A stretch of 64,000 bases of DNA from an uncultured Pseudomonadales bacterium (GTDB taxonomy: Bacteria; Pseudomonadota; Gammaproteobacteria; Pseudomonadales; UBA7434): NCBI GenBank assembly GCA_943788835.1, contig CALSRU010000001.1, positions 2,229 through 66,228 on the forward strand, in the 5' to 3' direction. Made by a program: the position numbers and the translations under genes. Position 1 is the first letter of the stretch, and every line of letters begins with the position of its first letter. Of the stretch, positions 32,271 to 42,284 are shown one piece after another. Below the pieces are notes generated by a model. It ran no database searches, was not told where the DNA came from, and saw nothing but the letters and a program-made list of their open reading frames with translations.

Positions 32271-35200
32271 ATGCCGCTTACCCCCACCCATCCAGATTCT
32301 GCCGCTGATTCGCAACGAGGCCATTTGCCCGTTGACGAGCAGGACATTCAGGTGGGCCTCGACCGAATTAATCTCACCGAACTGCGCACTCGCTTTCTAA
32401 GCATCAATGACACTCGATCAGAGCGCTTGCGCGAGGGGCTGCTGCCCACTCAAGGTATATTTTTAGATTTATTACCACTGCTTTTTCATATCAATAATCC
32501 AGCGCTGCCAGGATATTATTCATCGGCGACACCAGCAGGCATTCGCAACTTTAAAGTGGCACGAGAGCACATCAAAGCCGCACGCAGCTTGGCAAAATCG
32601 TTTTCTCTTCAACGAGACCCCCATGCCGAAGCAGCAATTAGCGCTATCTACCTTATGGGCAGCTGCGGCAGCCTGGCACACAATAATCGAAGCGATCTAG
32701 ACATTTGGGTCTGCCCAACTACAGAGCTCGAAGGGGCGGCATTAAATGCGTTGACAAAAAAATGCGACTCTATTACTGCCTGGGCTGCCACGCTATGCCT
32801 GGAAGTTCATTTTTTTGTCATGCATGATGAAGCGTTTCGTCAGCAACGCCGCGCAGCAATGGATAAAGAGGACTGTGGTCGCACCCAGCATTTTTTATTG
32901 CTCGACGAATTTTATCGCACAGCCATGCTAGTAGCCGGCTCAACGCCTTTATGGTGGTTTGTGCCTCAGTCATTTGATGCTGAATACAACACCTATACCA
33001 ACACCCTATTAAAAAAACGCTATGTTGATGAGTTAGCTAATATCGATTTTGGCTCTGCCAATAATATTCCCTTTAACGAATATATCAGTGCGGGTATATG
33101 GCAGCTATACAAAGGCATTGAATCGCCCTATAAAGCACTCTTAAAACTTTTACTCATCGAAACCTATGCTGCAAAATCTTCCGATGAGTATTTAAGTGGT
33201 GCGTTTAAGCGGCGTGTTTACGAAGGCGGCTATACCATCGACGAACTCGACCCCTATCTGCAAGTGTATAGAAGAGTCGAAAACTATTTACTACAAAACA
33301 ACGAGACAGCCCGCCTTGAACTAGCACGAAGGTGCCTGTATTTTAAAGTAGGCATCAAATTAAGCTGCGCACCGGATGAAACCACACCGATAGGTGAGTT
33401 AGGTAAAAGTTTAAACCAACCTAAATACTGGCGACGCAATTTAATGCATAAGCTCGTGGCCGAATGGGGCTGGCGTCGACCGCAACTGCTGAAGCTTGAT
33501 CAGCGCGAGAGCTGGCCTTTCAATGAAGTAAGAACGGAGCAACAACTACTCGTTAAAGAATTAATCGGTAGTTATAGGCTCTTAACTAACTTAGTTAAAC
33601 AACAACGCCTTACTGATGTAGAAAAACCAGCAGTAATGTCGAATCAAGATTCGCTCGATCTTAATATTTTAGGTCGGCAGCTTTATGCAATGTTTGAGCA
33701 AAAGCCACACAAGGTGCCGCGTATTACTTCTGCGGTAACCGACTCAACTGCACAAGAGCTAATTTACTTAAAGCAAGAAGCCAACCCCGACGGCAAACCG
33801 ATTTGGGTGGCAGAAACTATTGGTATACACCAAGAGAGTATTCGCGAAGTCATCAAAAAATCTGAAAGCCCTGCCGAAATCCTCGTCTGGTGCATTACCA
33901 ACGGGCTAGCCACTAACTCCACTCGGTTTAAAATTGATGCCGGCGAACACGATCTGACGGAGTATGAGGTGCGCCAACTCACCACTTCATTAATCAATCA
34001 ACTGCCCGTACGCAAATCGACGCTACCTGACCTGCAGTCAAAAACTGACTTCGCCAAGCCTGCGCGCATCACAAAAAATATTTTTATTGCTAACTGTGGC
34101 ATCGACCCACTCAAAAGCCAAAAAAATCAAGGCGCAGTGCGCATTAGCAATAAAGCTGACCCATTAGCTTATAGTGGTATTGAAGAGAATTTAATTGAAA
34201 GCATCACGCTGATTACAGTTAATAGCTGGCAAGAGACTTTTTGCTATCACTTTACTGGTGCCGAGACACTCAACGAATGTCTGGTACATTTTTTCGCGAT
34301 GGACGAGCGCACCAAAGCATTGCCACAGCCAGCAACGGCTCCCGCTAATCATGGTGCCAATAATGCGCCGAGTCGGAGTGTCCTTTGCGCGTGCTCAAGT
34401 CAGCCGAGGCCCATTGCGAGCAGATTGAGTGATCTGCTCGACAGCATAGAGGCCTGTTATTTCGAAAATGCGAACGAAGCTGCGCCTAACCTAGAAAACG
34501 AAACGCGAAGCGAACGAGGCTATATATTTCAATCGGCCAAAGGCTACCATATTTTTTCTTGGCAACACCAACGCCCGCTCATTAGCTTGATGGAGTCTGA
34601 AAACCAGCTACTTGAGCATTTGAGTCAACCCAATGAAACTAGTTCAGTAACCATTGATAGCTATGCACTTCAAAGTCACCCCTTAAGTACCGTCTGCCGA
34701 CTGTTAGAAGTGGGCAAGCGCGACAGCTTTCAATCGGGGCAGCCCAATCGTATCCGGGTTTTTTATGAGGCAGATAATGGATATGCAAATACCTACTTAA
34801 CTGATCAAAACAATGCATTATGTTTTGCACGCATTCCTTATGAAAGTACTCGAGCCCTCATTTTGCCGCTGCGACAATTTATTGAAAGTAGCTCTTTAAG
34901 GCATGCTGCAAGCGCCTCAATTGACGCCAACAGCATGACGGCAGGCCACGACATTCCCGATATCGAGTTTTACGTACTACAAAAAAGTGGTTCAAGCCAC
35001 ACCGCCGTGCAAGTCCCTACCGAGTCGAACATCAGTGCTCGCTACGTCCCTATTAAGGCGGTAGGTGAGCTAAACGCGGCCGGAGATATTGACTGGATCA
35101 TTCACTGTAATGATGAATTATTTGAACAGTCAGTACTGGGTGAGCAGCTGTTTCCCGAGGTTGCCGCAGCTATCAAGCGATTTCGCACATCTGATCATTC

Positions 35201-35336
35201 GGGCTATCGTTGCTACATCAATGACATTGAGGTTGAGCAAACCAATAATAGTGCTATGACTTTAGCACACGACTTCTATTATAAAAATCAGCTAGAAGAG
35301 GCCCTCAACCTGGCCTTTACGCAACTGCACTCATAA
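32271..35336 (+). CDS. cyaA: Class I adenylate cyclase
   Basis: 1021 aa. Collinear with E. coli CyaA as I recall it: SDLDIWVC, EDCGRTQHFLLLDEFYRTA, GIWQLYKGIESPYKALLK, RRCLYFKV. Confidence 0.88.
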   Translation: MPLTPTHPDSAADSQRGHLPVDEQDIQVGLDRINLTELRTRFLSINDTRSERLREGLLPTQGIFLDLLPLLFHINNPALPGYYSSATPAGIRNFKVAREHIKAARSLAKSFSLQRDPHAEAAISAIYLMGSCGSLAHNNRSDLDIWVCPTTELEGAALNALTKKCDSITAWAATLCLEVHFFVMHDEAFRQQRRAAMDKEDCGRTQHFLLLDEFYRTAMLVAGSTPLWWFVPQSFDAEYNTYTNTLLKKRYVDELANIDFGSANNIPFNEYISAGIWQLYKGIESPYKALLKLLLIETYAAKSSDEYLSGAFKRRVYEGGYTIDELDPYLQVYRRVENYLLQNNETARLELARRCLYFKVGIKLSCAPDETTPIGELGKSLNQPKYWRRNLMHKLVAEWGWRRPQLLKLDQRESWPFNEVRTEQQLLVKELIGSYRLLTNLVKQQRLTDVEKPAVMSNQDSLDLNILGRQLYAMFEQKPHKVPRITSAVTDSTAQELIYLKQEANPDGKPIWVAETIGIHQESIREVIKKSESPAEILVWCITNGLATNSTRFKIDAGEHDLTEYEVRQLTTSLINQLPVRKSTLPDLQSKTDFAKPARITKNIFIANCGIDPLKSQKNQGAVRISNKADPLAYSGIEENLIESITLITVNSWQETFCYHFTGAETLNECLVHFFAMDERTKALPQPATAPANHGANNAPSRSVLCACSSQPRPIASRLSDLLDSIEACYFENANEAAPNLENETRSERGYIFQSAKGYHIFSWQHQRPLISLMESENQLLEHLSQPNETSSVTIDSYALQSHPLSTVCRLLEVGKRDSFQSGQPNRIRVFYEADNGYANTYLTDQNNALCFARIPYESTRALILPLRQFIESSSLRHAASASIDANSMTAGHDIPDIEFYVLQKSGSSHTAVQVPTESNISARYVPIKAVGELNAAGDIDWIIHCNDELFEQSVLGEQLFPEVAAAIKRFRTSDHSGYRCYINDIEVEQTNNSAMTLAHDFYYKNQLEEALNLAFTQLHS

Positions 35337-35502
35337 GACAAAATACCAGCCATGTAACGTGCTTTTTCCTAGGGCTTACCTGCTCCACTCGCTATAATTG
35401 ACCCAAGAGTGGTTGGCTCAAGCAATATAGGCAACTTGCCAATGGTCACAGCAACACGATCCCATTATTCTCGCCGACCATCAGCTCGATTATTCACTGC
35501 AG

Positions 35503-35754
35503 GTGACTATGTCAAATCCTATGCATGACCGTATGACCTCTACAATTCGAATACTTACAGAGCGTCGCAATGTGAGTCTGAGTAAAGTTATCGCTGCCGG
35601 CCTATTCCTAATACTGCCAATGATTCAAGGCTGTGGGCAAACAGGCGCGCTGTACCTGCCCGCACCGCCAGAAGGAAGCAACGCGAACAAAAGCAACGCT
35701 GCAGCAAAATCAGTGAACAACAGCAACAACGTCAATAGAAGCGACAAAACGTAA
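35503..35754 (+). CDS. lptM: Small lipoprotein LptM/YifL (LppL)-like
   Basis: Lipobox and conserved core LILPMIQGCGQTGALYLP. Sits in the conserved slot upstream of lysA/dapF. The true start is probably internal (e.g. GTG of VSLSKVIAAG), giving a ~20-aa signal peptide. Confidence 0.65.
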   Translation: MTMSNPMHDRMTSTIRILTERRNVSLSKVIAAGLFLILPMIQGCGQTGALYLPAPPEGSNANKSNAAAKSVNNSNNVNRSDKT

Positions 35755-35756
35755 TC

Positions 35757-37013
35757 ATGACCGAACCACACTACCAAAACAATCAATTGATGATTGAAGA
35801 CGTTTCACTCAGCCAGCTAGCAAAAGAAGTGGGCACGCCGTGTTATGTCTATTCACGCAGCGAGCTTGAACGTAACTACTTGGCCTATCGTGAGGCGCTC
35901 GATGCCTTTGACTCAGAGCGACACAAAGTTTGCTTTGCGGTCAAAGCTAATTCTAATATTGGGGTTTTAAGTGTGCTGGCTAAACTGGGCAGTGGCTTTG
36001 ACATTGTGTCGATTGGTGAATTAGAACGGGTACTACTTGCTGGTGGCAACCCCAGCCAGATCGTTTTTTCCGGAGTGGCCAAGCTCCGTAACGAAATTGA
36101 ACGTGCGCTAGATGTAGGGATTCACTGCTTTAACGTCGAATCAGAAACAGAGCTGCAACGAATTGCCAGTATCGCTCAAGAAAAAAATTGCATTGCGCCT
36201 ATTTCAATCCGCGTCAATCCCGATGTTGATGCCGAAACACACCCGTATATTTCAACCGGTCTTAAAGAAAACAAATTTGGCATCAATATTGACCAAGCCC
36301 TAGGCATTTATTTGCACGCTCAGCAATATAGCAGCTTACGCATCATAGGCATTGACTGTCATATAGGCTCACAGCTGACGACGACGGCGCCATTTATTCA
36401 TGCCTTAGAGCGCGTATTGGCGCTGGTGGATAAGCTCGACGCCAACGGCATCACACTCGAGCACATCGACGTCGGCGGTGGACTCGGCGTGACCTATCAG
36501 CAAGAGCAACCACCTGCGCCTGGAGACTATGTAAAGCAACTCATGCAAGTGCTTGGTGACCGCCCACAAACGTTGTTGATGGAGCCGGGACGATCAATTG
36601 CAGCTAATGCAGGCGTTTTACTCACTCGCGTCGACACGATCAAGACGAGTGACGATCGACACTTTGCCATTGTTGATGCCGCTATGAACGATATGATACG
36701 CCCAGCTTTATATAGTGCCTGGATGGATATTGTCCCCTTGCGAGCTAATAGCTCTGCGCAGTCTTATGAGTATGATATTGTGGGGCCCGTTTGTGAAACC
36801 GGCGATTTTCTGGGTAAACAGCGCACATTAGCTATTGCCGAGGGGGACCTGCTCTCGGTTAACTCAGCTGGCGCCTACGGATTCGTCATGTCTTCTAACT
36901 ATAATTCTCGTGTACGCGCAGCGGAAGTTATGGTTCATGGTGCTAGCTATCAAATTATTCGCCAACGAGAAACACTCGAAGATTTAGTCAAAGGAGAAAG
37001 CATCGTAAGCTAG
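35757..37013 (+). CDS. lysA: Diaminopimelate decarboxylase
   Basis: 418 aa. Has the PLP lysine motif CFAVKANSN, plus DVGGGLGV, EPGRSI and CETGD. Confidence 0.95.
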   Translation: MTEPHYQNNQLMIEDVSLSQLAKEVGTPCYVYSRSELERNYLAYREALDAFDSERHKVCFAVKANSNIGVLSVLAKLGSGFDIVSIGELERVLLAGGNPSQIVFSGVAKLRNEIERALDVGIHCFNVESETELQRIASIAQEKNCIAPISIRVNPDVDAETHPYISTGLKENKFGINIDQALGIYLHAQQYSSLRIIGIDCHIGSQLTTTAPFIHALERVLALVDKLDANGITLEHIDVGGGLGVTYQQEQPPAPGDYVKQLMQVLGDRPQTLLMEPGRSIAANAGVLLTRVDTIKTSDDRHFAIVDAAMNDMIRPALYSAWMDIVPLRANSSAQSYEYDIVGPVCETGDFLGKQRTLAIAEGDLLSVNSAGAYGFVMSSNYNSRVRAAEVMVHGASYQIIRQRETLEDLVKGESIVS

Positions 37014-37078
37014 ATATACACGTTGAGGCGCTGTAGTTAGGCCAACCACATTCAAAAAATATCTTCTTATAAATCATC

Positions 37079-37909
37079 ATGCAACTTCGCTTTACTAAAA
37101 TGCACGGCTTAGGCAATGATTTTGTTGTTGTTGATTCGCTATCGCAAGATATTAACCTGTCGAGCGATCTCGTTAGTTTTCTTGCTGATCGTCACCGCGG
37201 TATAGGCTGTGACCAAGTGTTACTGATTGAGCCACCCACACAACCAGACATCGATTTTAATTATCGTATTTTTAATGCTGACGGAAGTGAAGTTGAGCAG
37301 TGCGGCAATGGCGCGCGATGCTTAGGAAAATATGTCGCCGATAAACGCCTAACTGGCAAACGCAATATCCGTGTAGCCACAATAAATAGCTGCATGCACG
37401 TAGAGATCCTAGACGGAAATTTAGTACGAGTAGACATGGGGCTACCAACTTTCGACCCCATACAGATCCCGTTTAAAGCTGCACAACAAAGCGACTGCTA
37501 TACAATAGAGCACCCACTGGGTTCCAATGAATTTGGCGTTATCTCAATGGGCAACCCGCATGCGGTTTTGATCGTAGACGATATTCAAGCCGCGCCGGTT
37601 GCCCAGCTAGGCCCACTTATCGAGCAACACGCGCAATTTCCTGCACGAGTCAATGTGGGATTTATGGAAATCGTATCCGATGCCTCTATCAAGTTGCGCG
37701 TATTCGAGCGTGGCGTTGGCGAAACACTGGCCTGTGGCACTGGGGCATGCGCCGCAGTCGTCGTTGGACAATTACAGGGCTTGCTAGACAAAGAAGTAAC
37801 CGTACAACTCGCTGGCGGCGAACTCAATATTCAATGCCTGGACAAAGACTCGCCTGTTTTGATGACCGGCGAGGCAATTAAAGTATTCGACGGAAAAATA
37901 AAACTATGA
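37079..37909 (+). CDS. dapF: Diaminopimelate epimerase
   Basis: 276 aa. Has MHGLGNDFVVVD and the catalytic cysteines in CGNGARC and ACGTGACA. Confidence 0.95.
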   Translation: MQLRFTKMHGLGNDFVVVDSLSQDINLSSDLVSFLADRHRGIGCDQVLLIEPPTQPDIDFNYRIFNADGSEVEQCGNGARCLGKYVADKRLTGKRNIRVATINSCMHVEILDGNLVRVDMGLPTFDPIQIPFKAAQQSDCYTIEHPLGSNEFGVISMGNPHAVLIVDDIQAAPVAQLGPLIEQHAQFPARVNVGFMEIVSDASIKLRVFERGVGETLACGTGACAAVVVGQLQGLLDKEVTVQLAGGELNIQCLDKDSPVLMTGEAIKVFDGKIKL

Positions 37910-38658
37910 CTTCGGTAACCGCGCCACCACGCCCAAGCTCCCAAGTGAACCTCAATTCAAATGAAACCTCTAATGACATTAATGAACAGCAAGTAGTTAA
38001 TTTTCTCAAGAATACGCCTGAATTTTTTCGGCAAAATCCAGAAATTCTCGCCAATATGTCTCTACCCCATGGCAGTGGCAACGCTGTGTCACTGGTCGAG
38101 CGACAGGTGGCAATATTGCGCGAGAGAAGCATGCAAGCTCGGCACAAGATGAGCGAGTTGGTTGATAACGCTAAAGATAATGATGACTTATTTAATAAGA
38201 CTCAGGCGCTCGTGGTTGACCTGCTAAAAACTTCTACTATCGATGAATTATTCGAAATCACGTACACGCATTTTAGCGACTATTTTTCCGTCGAAAAAAC
38301 AAGCATTCTTATCATTACTCCAAATGTAGAAGCGCTAACGGGTGAAATCTCACAACCGTTTTTACGCAGTGCAACAGATGCCCAAGAAAAAATTCCAAGT
38401 GTGCTCTCCGCAGATGCTACGCTATGTGGTGTTTTGCGCGACACCGAATCTGAGTTTCTTTTTTCTTCATCAAACGAGATTGGCTCCGCCGCAGTAGCCA
38501 CACGTGAAATCAGCACCGATGCACCCAGTACATTAATACTCTCAGTCGCTCACAAAAATACTGATCATTACAACCAGCATACAGGCACAATCTTTATCGA
38601 CTATATTGCACAATTTTTACAAATCAAAATCGATCAATTAATTAAAAACAAACGCTAA
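37906..38658 (+). CDS. yigA: DUF484 family protein (YigA-like)
   Basis: 250 aa. Has FLKNTPEFF...AVSLVERQVAILRE, typical of DUF484. Lies between dapF and xerC as in E. coli and Pseudomonas, with a 4-nt overlap with dapF. Confidence 0.72.
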   Translation: MTSVTAPPRPSSQVNLNSNETSNDINEQQVVNFLKNTPEFFRQNPEILANMSLPHGSGNAVSLVERQVAILRERSMQARHKMSELVDNAKDNDDLFNKTQALVVDLLKTSTIDELFEITYTHFSDYFSVEKTSILIITPNVEALTGEISQPFLRSATDAQEKIPSVLSADATLCGVLRDTESEFLFSSSNEIGSAAVATREISTDAPSTLILSVAHKNTDHYNQHTGTIFIDYIAQFLQIKIDQLIKNKR

Positions 38659-38743
38659 TCCAAAGACTACCCAATATACAAAAAAGTAGCTCGGCGTAGC
38701 TGATCCTCGGCAATTCAATCATTTACTAGGCGCGTCAATAAGT

Positions 38744-39766
38744 ATGCCCAAACTTGCCTTTGACACTGCAATTGACCAGTTCATTGACTATCTCAGCGTA
38801 GTTCGGCGCCTGTCTCCACATACTCAAGCAGCCTATCGACGTGACTTACAACAATTTTTTTCGTATTGCCAACAGTTAAAAATCAGTCATCCAAGCGCCT
38901 TGGATGAGTCTACTAAACCCATTGCCGTTGCAGACATTGATGCCGTGCTAGTACGCGGGTTTATCAACACGCTGCGCATGAAAGAGATGGCAACGGCTTC
39001 GGTACATCGCAAGCTATCCAGCATTCGATCTTTTTTTCAATACTACCTAGAATTCTGTGCCGGCAACTTAGAAAAAGTGGATCCAACACAAAGCATCACG
39101 GCGCCAAAGACTGCAAAAAAATTGCCGGTAGTACTCGACGTTGATCAAATCAGCCAGCTTTTAGACCAGACATCAGGCAACGACTTTTTAGCACTACGCG
39201 ACAACGCAATAATGGAAGTGTTTTATTCCGCAGGCCTACGCCTTGCCGAGGTAGCCTCGCTAGATATAGGCAGTATAGATTTGCAGAGCAAGCAGGTAAA
39301 AGTGACCGGGAAGGGGAGCAAACAGCGGGTACTGCCTCTAGGCTCTAAAGCGCTGCAGGCTGTCATCCGTTGGCTACCGGCGCGCAATACTATTGCGCAA
39401 CCAAATAATAATGCATTGTTTATTGGCCAACACGGTAAACGGCTTAGTCATCGATCGGTGCAACTGCGCTTAAAAAAAGCGGCGCAAACCCTCAACCACA
39501 CTCAAAACTTGCATCCCCATATGTTGCGACACTCATTTGCTAGCCACATGCTCGAATCAAGCGGCGACTTGCGTGCCGTGCAGGAGCTTCTAGGACACGC
39601 TAATCTTTCAACTACACAAATATATACCCACCTCGATTTTCAACAGCTCGCAGAGGTCTATGATCAAGCCCACCCTAAGGCAGTGCGAAAATCCAAACCG
39701 TCTAAAGCTCAAGCAACGCCTCAACGATTAGTAAAGCTAACGCCTGCTGAACCCAACCCAACATAA
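38744..39766 (+). CDS. xerC: Tyrosine recombinase XerC (chromosome dimer resolution)
   Basis: 340 aa. Has ARDNAIMEVFYSAGLRLAE and HMLRHSFASHMLESSGDLRAVQELLGHANLSTTQIYTH. Housekeeping dapF-yigA-xerC-yigB context. Confidence 0.92.
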   Translation: MPKLAFDTAIDQFIDYLSVVRRLSPHTQAAYRRDLQQFFSYCQQLKISHPSALDESTKPIAVADIDAVLVRGFINTLRMKEMATASVHRKLSSIRSFFQYYLEFCAGNLEKVDPTQSITAPKTAKKLPVVLDVDQISQLLDQTSGNDFLALRDNAIMEVFYSAGLRLAEVASLDIGSIDLQSKQVKVTGKGSKQRVLPLGSKALQAVIRWLPARNTIAQPNNNALFIGQHGKRLSHRSVQLRLKKAAQTLNHTQNLHPHMLRHSFASHMLESSGDLRAVQELLGHANLSTTQIYTHLDFQQLAEVYDQAHPKAVRKSKPSKAQATPQRLVKLTPAEPNPT

Positions 39767-39793
39767 ATTAATCACCACAACCATAAGCTTGCC

Positions 39794-40582
39794 ATGCCAA
39801 CAAATCAGACACCTGAACCTATTAAAATAATTACTTTTGACCTAGATGATACGCTATGGCCGATTCGGCCTGTTATTGATCGTGCCGAAACGGAGACCTA
39901 TCGCTGGCTTACAAAAAATGCGCCAAAAATAACCAATCAATTTAGCCACAGTGATATGTTTGCTTTTAAATTGGCGCTCATGCGAAAAGATTCATCATTA
40001 CGCCATCGCATCAGCGACATGCGACGCAACGGTTATCGCGAGCTTGCTTTAGCCAGTGGCTACACACTCAGCGAAGCAAGCGAGCTAGCCACACAGGCAT
40101 TTGAGACATTTATTGAGCTTCGCCAACAGGTAAACTGTTTTGCTGGGGTTGAAGAAATGCTGGAAGACCTGGCAAAAAATTATATGCTCGGAGCCCTGAC
40201 AAATGGCAATGCCAACCTTAAGAAGATACCGATTGGGCGATATTTTGATTTTTCTATTTCAGCCGAATCACTCAATGCCAGCAAACCAGATCAAAAAATA
40301 TTTAACGCTGCATTAGAGCAGGCAAGTTTTTTAAACGGATCCATGGTGCAATCAAACGAAGTAGTCCATGTAGGAGATGACCTCCACACCGACGTTGGAG
40401 GAGCAAAGCAAGCTGGATTTTATGCTGTATGGTTGCGGCCGGTGAAGCCTGACGAAATGAAAGATAATCTTGAGGATGACGGCGAAGAAACGACAACAGC
40501 TGCAACCATCACGCCGCATGCGACGATAGACAGCATTACTGCATTACCAGAAGCACTAAGCGGCATTCAATATAGCCATTAA
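39794..40582 (+). CDS. yigB: HAD-superfamily phosphatase, YigB-like
   Basis: Has the HAD motifs ITFDLDDTLW, TNGNAN, SKPD and HVGDDLHTDVGGA. Collinear with E. coli YigB and positioned after xerC. Confidence 0.75.
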   Translation: MPTNQTPEPIKIITFDLDDTLWPIRPVIDRAETETYRWLTKNAPKITNQFSHSDMFAFKLALMRKDSSLRHRISDMRRNGYRELALASGYTLSEASELATQAFETFIELRQQVNCFAGVEEMLEDLAKNYMLGALTNGNANLKKIPIGRYFDFSISAESLNASKPDQKIFNAALEQASFLNGSMVQSNEVVHVGDDLHTDVGGAKQAGFYAVWLRPVKPDEMKDNLEDDGEETTTAATITPHATIDSITALPEALSGIQYSH

Positions 40583-40660
40583 AAACTTCTACTCATACAA
40601 TATTGGTGCGCTTAGCCTTAACGCTACACGTTGATGAGCGAGCTGCGGTCTCTTTACTTA

Positions 40661-41203
40661 TTAAATAGGCCGACTGCCGTAATTACTCTCAGGTTTTCTT
40701 GGTGGATCAGCCATAACATTAGGCTTCACATTGACGATAGCCCCACCCATTCGTAAAAATTTTTCAACTTCAGTTTCTAACTCTGTACGAACTCGCTCTC
40801 GACTTGCGACATTACGCGTCTCGGCAACTTCATCTTTCGAGCCAATAAAGGCAAGGTCTACACTAACCTTCTTTTGGTAATCAACTGGCTCAGATTTCGA
40901 TTTATTAGTTCGAGCCTTGGATGATGGTTTAGCTCGATTAGATTTAGCAGTTGTCACTGATTTTTTTGTCTCAGAGAGTTCTGCCTTCTCAGATAATTTT
41001 TTAGGCGTAGTCGCTTTCGCGGCAACCTTGGTAACAGCAGATTTTTTCTTTATCGGCGTTTTAACAGCGACAGACTTAGTTTTCACCGATTTGCTTTTCA
41101 ACGTTGTTTTAGCGGCCGGCTTTTTCTTGGCAGTCGCATTTTTAACGCGTGTGGCTGGGGACGGTGATGTGACAACGGCTTTTTTACTCACAACTATACT
41201 CAC
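40661..41203 (-). CDS. sutA: SutA-like RNA-polymerase-associated regulator with lysine-rich (H1/AlgP-like) N-terminal half
   Basis: The C-terminus EKFLRMGGAIVNVKPNVMADPPRKPESNYGSRPI matches the conserved SutA C-terminal region as I remember it. The locus (between xerC/yigB and amtB/glnK) matches sutA in P. aeruginosa. Residues 1-112 contain about 29 Lys and 5 acidic residues. GTG start with no clear SD, so the start is uncertain. Confidence 0.6.
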   Translation of the reverse strand: MSIVVSKKAVVTSPSPATRVKNATAKKKPAAKTTLKSKSVKTKSVAVKTPIKKKSAVTKVAAKATTPKKLSEKAELSETKKSVTTAKSNRAKPSSKARTNKSKSEPVDYQKKVSVDLAFIGSKDEVAETRNVASRERVRTELETEVEKFLRMGGAIVNVKPNVMADPPRKPESNYGSRPI

Positions 41204-41721
41204 TATTTTGTCAGGAAAACGCTTAAAGAGAACGTGATTCGGCTAGGCTCACCAGCTCTTTCAAGTCACACAATGAGACTTTACCAAGAACATAATTTGA
41301 ACGGCTGAGCGCTGCCTTTTTCGAAGTATGTATAGTTATAGCTAAATTCTGGAAAAGCGCCATCAAAGGAAAAGTAAAAAAAAAAATACTGCAGGCCTAG
41401 TTCACAAAAAAAATAAAAAGCACCAGATGTTGTGGGCTTGGGCATGAAAGAGCACAAGCAAATTTGAAAGTGCTGTAAAAAGACCGAAGTGCAAGGCAGA
41501 GTACGTGAGTACAACTTTTAAGCAAAAGGAAGGGACTGCTCCGACGATACCTGGTTGCCAAGAAACATACACAACTAGGCAAACAAAAGCACATGCCGAA
41601 GCAGGTTAGTCAATACACATGTGCTAATGGACTTGCAGCTATCTCGGACGAGAAAGCTGGATTAATTAAATCTTATGTTGCGCTCATTACACGACGCAAA
41701 CAACAGATACAACTCGCAGAG

Positions 41722-42078
<357 letters not shown>

Positions 42079-42241
42079 CTATAATGGGGCAAAACTTTTT
42101 AAATAAGTTTTAATTGATTTAACTTAGCTCGACTGACGTCGAAGAAAGCACTAATGGCGCTGACGACCATAATTTGTAAAGGTACTGCTTTGCCCTAATG
42201 ATAGCAAGCATTGTTTAGTGCGCTGCGCACAAATTCGGTGC

Positions 42242-42267
42242 AAAAAAAAGGGCGCCAGAGGCGCCCC
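42242..42267 (-). terminator. Rho-independent terminator after amtB
   Basis: The minus strand reads GGGCGCC-TCT-GGCGCCC followed by TTTTTTTT. It lies 18 bp after the amtB stop. Confidence 0.72.
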
Positions 42268-42284
42268 AAAACGTTACATATTAA

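Noticed and set aside
35337-35502. Absence of cyaY between cyaA and lptM (present there in the Pseudomonas layout as I recall it)
   Set aside because: This is only a synteny difference. The 166-bp gap holds no gene remnant that I can see, and cyaY may be elsewhere.
38744-39766. Tyrosine recombinase as a possible marker of an integrated mobile element
   Set aside because: The sequence and the dapF-yigA-xerC-yigB context identify it as housekeeping XerC. There are no flanking att-like repeats, tRNA genes or phage/IS genes.
40661-41203. Calling the lysine-rich ORF AlgP or a generic histone H1-like protein
   Set aside because: The non-repetitive C-terminus and the locus point to SutA instead. 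The N-terminus lacks the regular KPAA repeats of AlgP.
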